In this document: positions 63,615 through 64,000 of the stretch, piece after piece
Layout: each line of letters starts with the position of its first letter
How positions within the stretch are numbered: the stretch's first letter is position 1
Program-made: the position numbers and the translations under genes
The notes under the pieces: model-generated
Database searches by the model: none
The model's input: only the letters and a program-made list of their open reading frames with translations
What the model was told of the DNA's origin: nothing
Source of the DNA: Lama guanicoe
Lineage: Eukaryota
DNA length: 64,000 bases
Direction: 5' to 3'
Assembly (NCBI GenBank): GCA_013239625.1
Contig: MU054212.1
Location: 5,428,270 to 5,492,269 of the forward strand

Positions 63615-64000
63615 GGCACATAAAATAAACTCAAAGATAAAACAAGTTCTGTAGGAAAATGGCTTGACAAGGGCCCTCATCTGTTTTTGTCATGCATGTC
63701 AGTAAGCGTAATCAAGGTCATTTTTAATTTATAATAAAAGTTAGGTAAGTTGCCAAGTTTAATCTCCTTGAGATCTTCGCTCTAATCTGCTTAATTGTCA
63801 TAAAGATGGTTCTGTATGTTTACTTGATAGGATCCTTGGAACATAAATATTTATGTCCTTTACCTTTCTTATCGGCTTGAAAAATGGTAGGACTATTGGT
63901 GCAGAGATGAATAGAAAATCTAGACCGTGGAATACAGAGAACACAGATCATGGCATAGTATGAGTAAGAACATGCAGGCTCTGTTTAAGAGGGATGTTTT

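Overview
AT-rich mammalian genomic DNA, intronic or intergenic. I find no supportable protein-coding exon, rRNA, tRNA gene or CRISPR array. A tRNA-derived Vic-1-type SINE (58611-58773), an artiodactyl-type L1 3' end and the absence of Alu, Bov-A, PRE-1 and SINEC elements point to a camelid genome. Much of the window is transposon debris: L1M fragments, MaLR (MLT1), ERVL and ERV1 solo LTRs (several with readable TSDs), hAT MITEs, MIR and L2. The supplied ORFs are chance frames or lie inside these repeats. The non-repeat signals are two CTCF-like motifs, a perfect 52-bp tandem duplication overlapping a hairpin, splice-site clusters near 1.7-2.8 kb, TE-poor blocks that may be enhancers, a CpG-retaining old L1 5' UTR with YY1/NRF1 motifs, and several unusual retrotransposon architectures. 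I see no convincing new biological system. Repeat family names come from recalled consensus sequences and were not checked by alignment.
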